Source of the DNA: Octopus bimaculoides
Lineage: Eukaryota
Direction: 5' to 3'
DNA: 64,000 bases
Assembly (NCBI RefSeq): GCF_001194135.2
Contig: NC_068985.1
Location: forward strand, 124,583,285-124,647,284
This document shows positions 61,472 through 64,000 of the stretch, in pieces. Under the pieces are notes generated by a model. It saw only the letters and a program-made list of their open reading frames with translations, searched no databases and was not told where the DNA came from. The stretch's first letter is position 1; each line of letters starts with the position of its first letter. The position numbers and the translations under genes were made by a program.

Positions 61472-62691
61472 CATTCGAAATGTTTATGCTTACCTGAAGT
61501 ATGCTAACACACCTTTTTGAATGAGTAGTTACATGTCAACTAATGCTGCGGAGATTACATTGAACTTTTTTGTAAACTTATCTCTCTGCAGCTCAGATCA
61601 TGCTTCAAAGGAACTAACCATTATATTTATATCAAAATAAAAAAAAAAAGACATGCTTTGACACCCAGAAATTTTCTTGTATTTATTTATTCGTGTGCTT
61701 TCAGTTTATTAAATAAGAATATTTCAGTATTTAAAAAAAAAATATTTGATATTTGGACCCCTTGAAATACATCAATCACGAAACTAGGTCGAAAGAAACT
61801 GGTTTGAGATCAAATTCACTCCAGATATTTTTTTTTTTTTCTGGGTATAACATTATTCCTACATCAGCTAGGTTTACCTAAGCAAAATAGCTACTAGACT
61901 TTTCTGGAAAACTTACCTTTAAAAGGTAAAACACCAAGAAACCAAAATTGAGAACCAATCCAATGGTTCTTATGGATAGTGTATGAATTAAACAGGATAT
62001 TTATTTTGCACTTAGTTCATCTTTCACTAAACTACTAATGTGGTTCCAGTTTCAATCACACTGCACAACACTTGGCAAGTATTTTCTACCATAACCTTCA
62101 GCTGACCAGTGTATTGTAAGTGGAATTTTTTAGGCATAAACCACTTACAATACACTGTGTGTGTGTGTGTGCGTGCACATGCATGCACATGTGTGTGAAG
62201 AAAATATATAAATTCTGGCAAAGAAAAACCGATGCTTTAGAATAAAAATTTGTTCTGCCCAAATTGCACAGACAGTCCCTTGACACTATCATAAATGCAG
62301 TGAAGCCCTTTGGAAACATTAAACTAGCAATGCTATTATTCATCAAATGTGATATAAAATGAAAACAGGCAATAGTGTAGAAAAGTATTTGAATTTATTT
62401 TATAAATATTTTTTATTATCATTGTCATCCTTTTTCAAATTTAGTTGGAACAGTTCATTTTGCTATATAAAAATATGTTGTTTACATCTGTCAACTACAT
62501 TATGTTGGATAAAATTTTATAGATATATTCTACAGTACAGTAAAGCTTTGAAACAAGACTTAACACAGTAGTATACTAAGACAAACATTTTTCTATTACT
62601 AGTTATAAACCATATCATATGTAACTGCTTTGACTTACAGACCAGACGTAAGAATGGATCTCATTTGTAACCTAAAAACTGTATATATATA

Positions 62692-62769
62692 CTTTATTTA
62701 AAAGCAGCAGAAATATATTGAAACTCTGAGTAACAGCTTTTGTTATATTTCTGCTGCTTTTAAATAAAG
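62692..62769. repeat. Perfect 26 bp inverted repeat with 26 nt spacer
   Basis: ctttatttaaaagcagcagaaatata (62692-62717) and its exact reverse complement (62744-62769). Confidence 0.9.
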
Positions 62770-62959
62770 CATATTACTCTACCTCTGGTATTTGAATACT
62801 TTTTCCACCTTGTTTCACATTTATATGCTTACTGCGGTATATATAGATAGATAGATAGATAAAACTTACTTGGAAAAGGATGCGTGGTGTTCAATCATAT
62901 AATAATATAATATATAAATATATGCATATATACATATGTGTACATACCTACATATATAT

Positions 62960-63640
62960 GTATATATACATGCATATATGGGTACAGGACATCAAAAAAA
63001 CATAGAATGAGAAACAAGAACATAAAAAACGAAAACACAGAAAACGAACTTTTTTCCGAACAACGAAAAAAACAGAGAAATGAGACATGCAACATAAAGA
63101 ACATTCCCTTCATCAGTTGCCACCCATTTTATCTACTCCATATTTCGAATCCTCGACTCTCTTGTTGCTCACAAGTGACCAATGGCCATTCTTTTTTCCA
63201 CTTCCTTCCTAAAGATAAGACGTGATTTTTATCTGTCTCTTCTCAAAGCTTGTTTTTCTAGCATCACTACTTCACATCACCTTGGCTCAACAGCCCTCAC
63301 CGTTTGTTTTTACTGTTTTGTTCTCACTGTCCTGTTTTTGTTACCACTTTCACCCTCCGCAAAAAATCCCAAATTTTATTTAATTTGCTTTGCGAGAAGG
63401 ACTGTTTTAACGAAGTCACGTCTTGTCCTGACCTTTGAAACGCGGAGTAAATAAAACAGGGGACAACTGAGGAAGGGAATGTTCTTTATGTTGCATGTCT
63501 CATTTCTCTGTTTGCTTTTTTTGTTGTTCAAAAAAAGTTCATTTTCTATGTTTTTGTTTTTTTATGTTCTCGTTTCTCATTCTGTCTACATTTTTTTGAT
63601 GTCCTGTACATATATATGCATATATATATATATATACATA
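62960..63640. mobile_element. Foldback element with about 180 bp inverted arms in (TA)n; probable PLE pLTR derivative
   Basis: 62960-63139 is the reverse complement of 63444-63640; flanked by TA-rich microsatellite; contains CUGA(U/G)GA and GAAAC motifs. Confidence 0.7.
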
Positions 63641-64000
63641 TATAATTATTATAAGATCTGGTAATTAGTCATATATTAATATATTAATTAATATCGATTA
63701 ATTATCAGGGGGCCAGCACATTTAAAGAATCAAAGAGATTCAGAAATATTATCTGCAATCTCAGGGGATTAAGGTACATTTTAAAAAATAACGTCGACCA
63801 CTAACGTGGACAATTAATGCGCTAGAAATAGATCACATTTTGTGTCTATTAAGACCTAAAAAGTTCTCAACATGAAATATAGCAGCATACCAAAAACGTG
63901 AGCAGGCAAAACATTTAAAATCACCTAAAAAAATCATTATTAAACAGGAACCAGGTTTCGGATTTAACAAATTCTTACCATTTGTCTATTCCTCATCAGC

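Overview
AT-rich, microsatellite- and SINE-dense animal genomic DNA; the repeat landscape is consistent with an octopus/cephalopod (inference). Two protein genes are supported, both on the + strand: a 15-coding-exon FAM149B1-like gene (CDS 9806-51302, about 588 aa by manual splicing) and an apparently single-exon mitochondrial EF-Tu of the divergent EF-Tu2 type (60341-61471) whose G-domain middle falls in a 10-N gap. The rest is transposon-derived: tRNA-headed SINEs, RTE LINE 3' ends, a decayed mariner, two Penelope-like (PLE) lineages, three restriction-like-endonuclease non-LTR clades (R4/Dong-, HERO- and CRE-like) and two MITEs. The main unexplained signal is RNA-level. At least five unrelated repeat families carry type I hammerhead ribozyme motifs, several fully foldable (9917-10000 -, 14411-14456 -, 55481-55526 -, 59174-59241 +). 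One PLE pseudo-LTR combines a tRNA-derived Pol III head, an in-frame ATG and a hammerhead, and also occurs alone as TSD-flanked foldback units (3423-3829, 14330-14849), suggesting a PLE-mobilised, ribozyme-bearing SINE-like system. All folds and alignments were done by eye; no searches were run.
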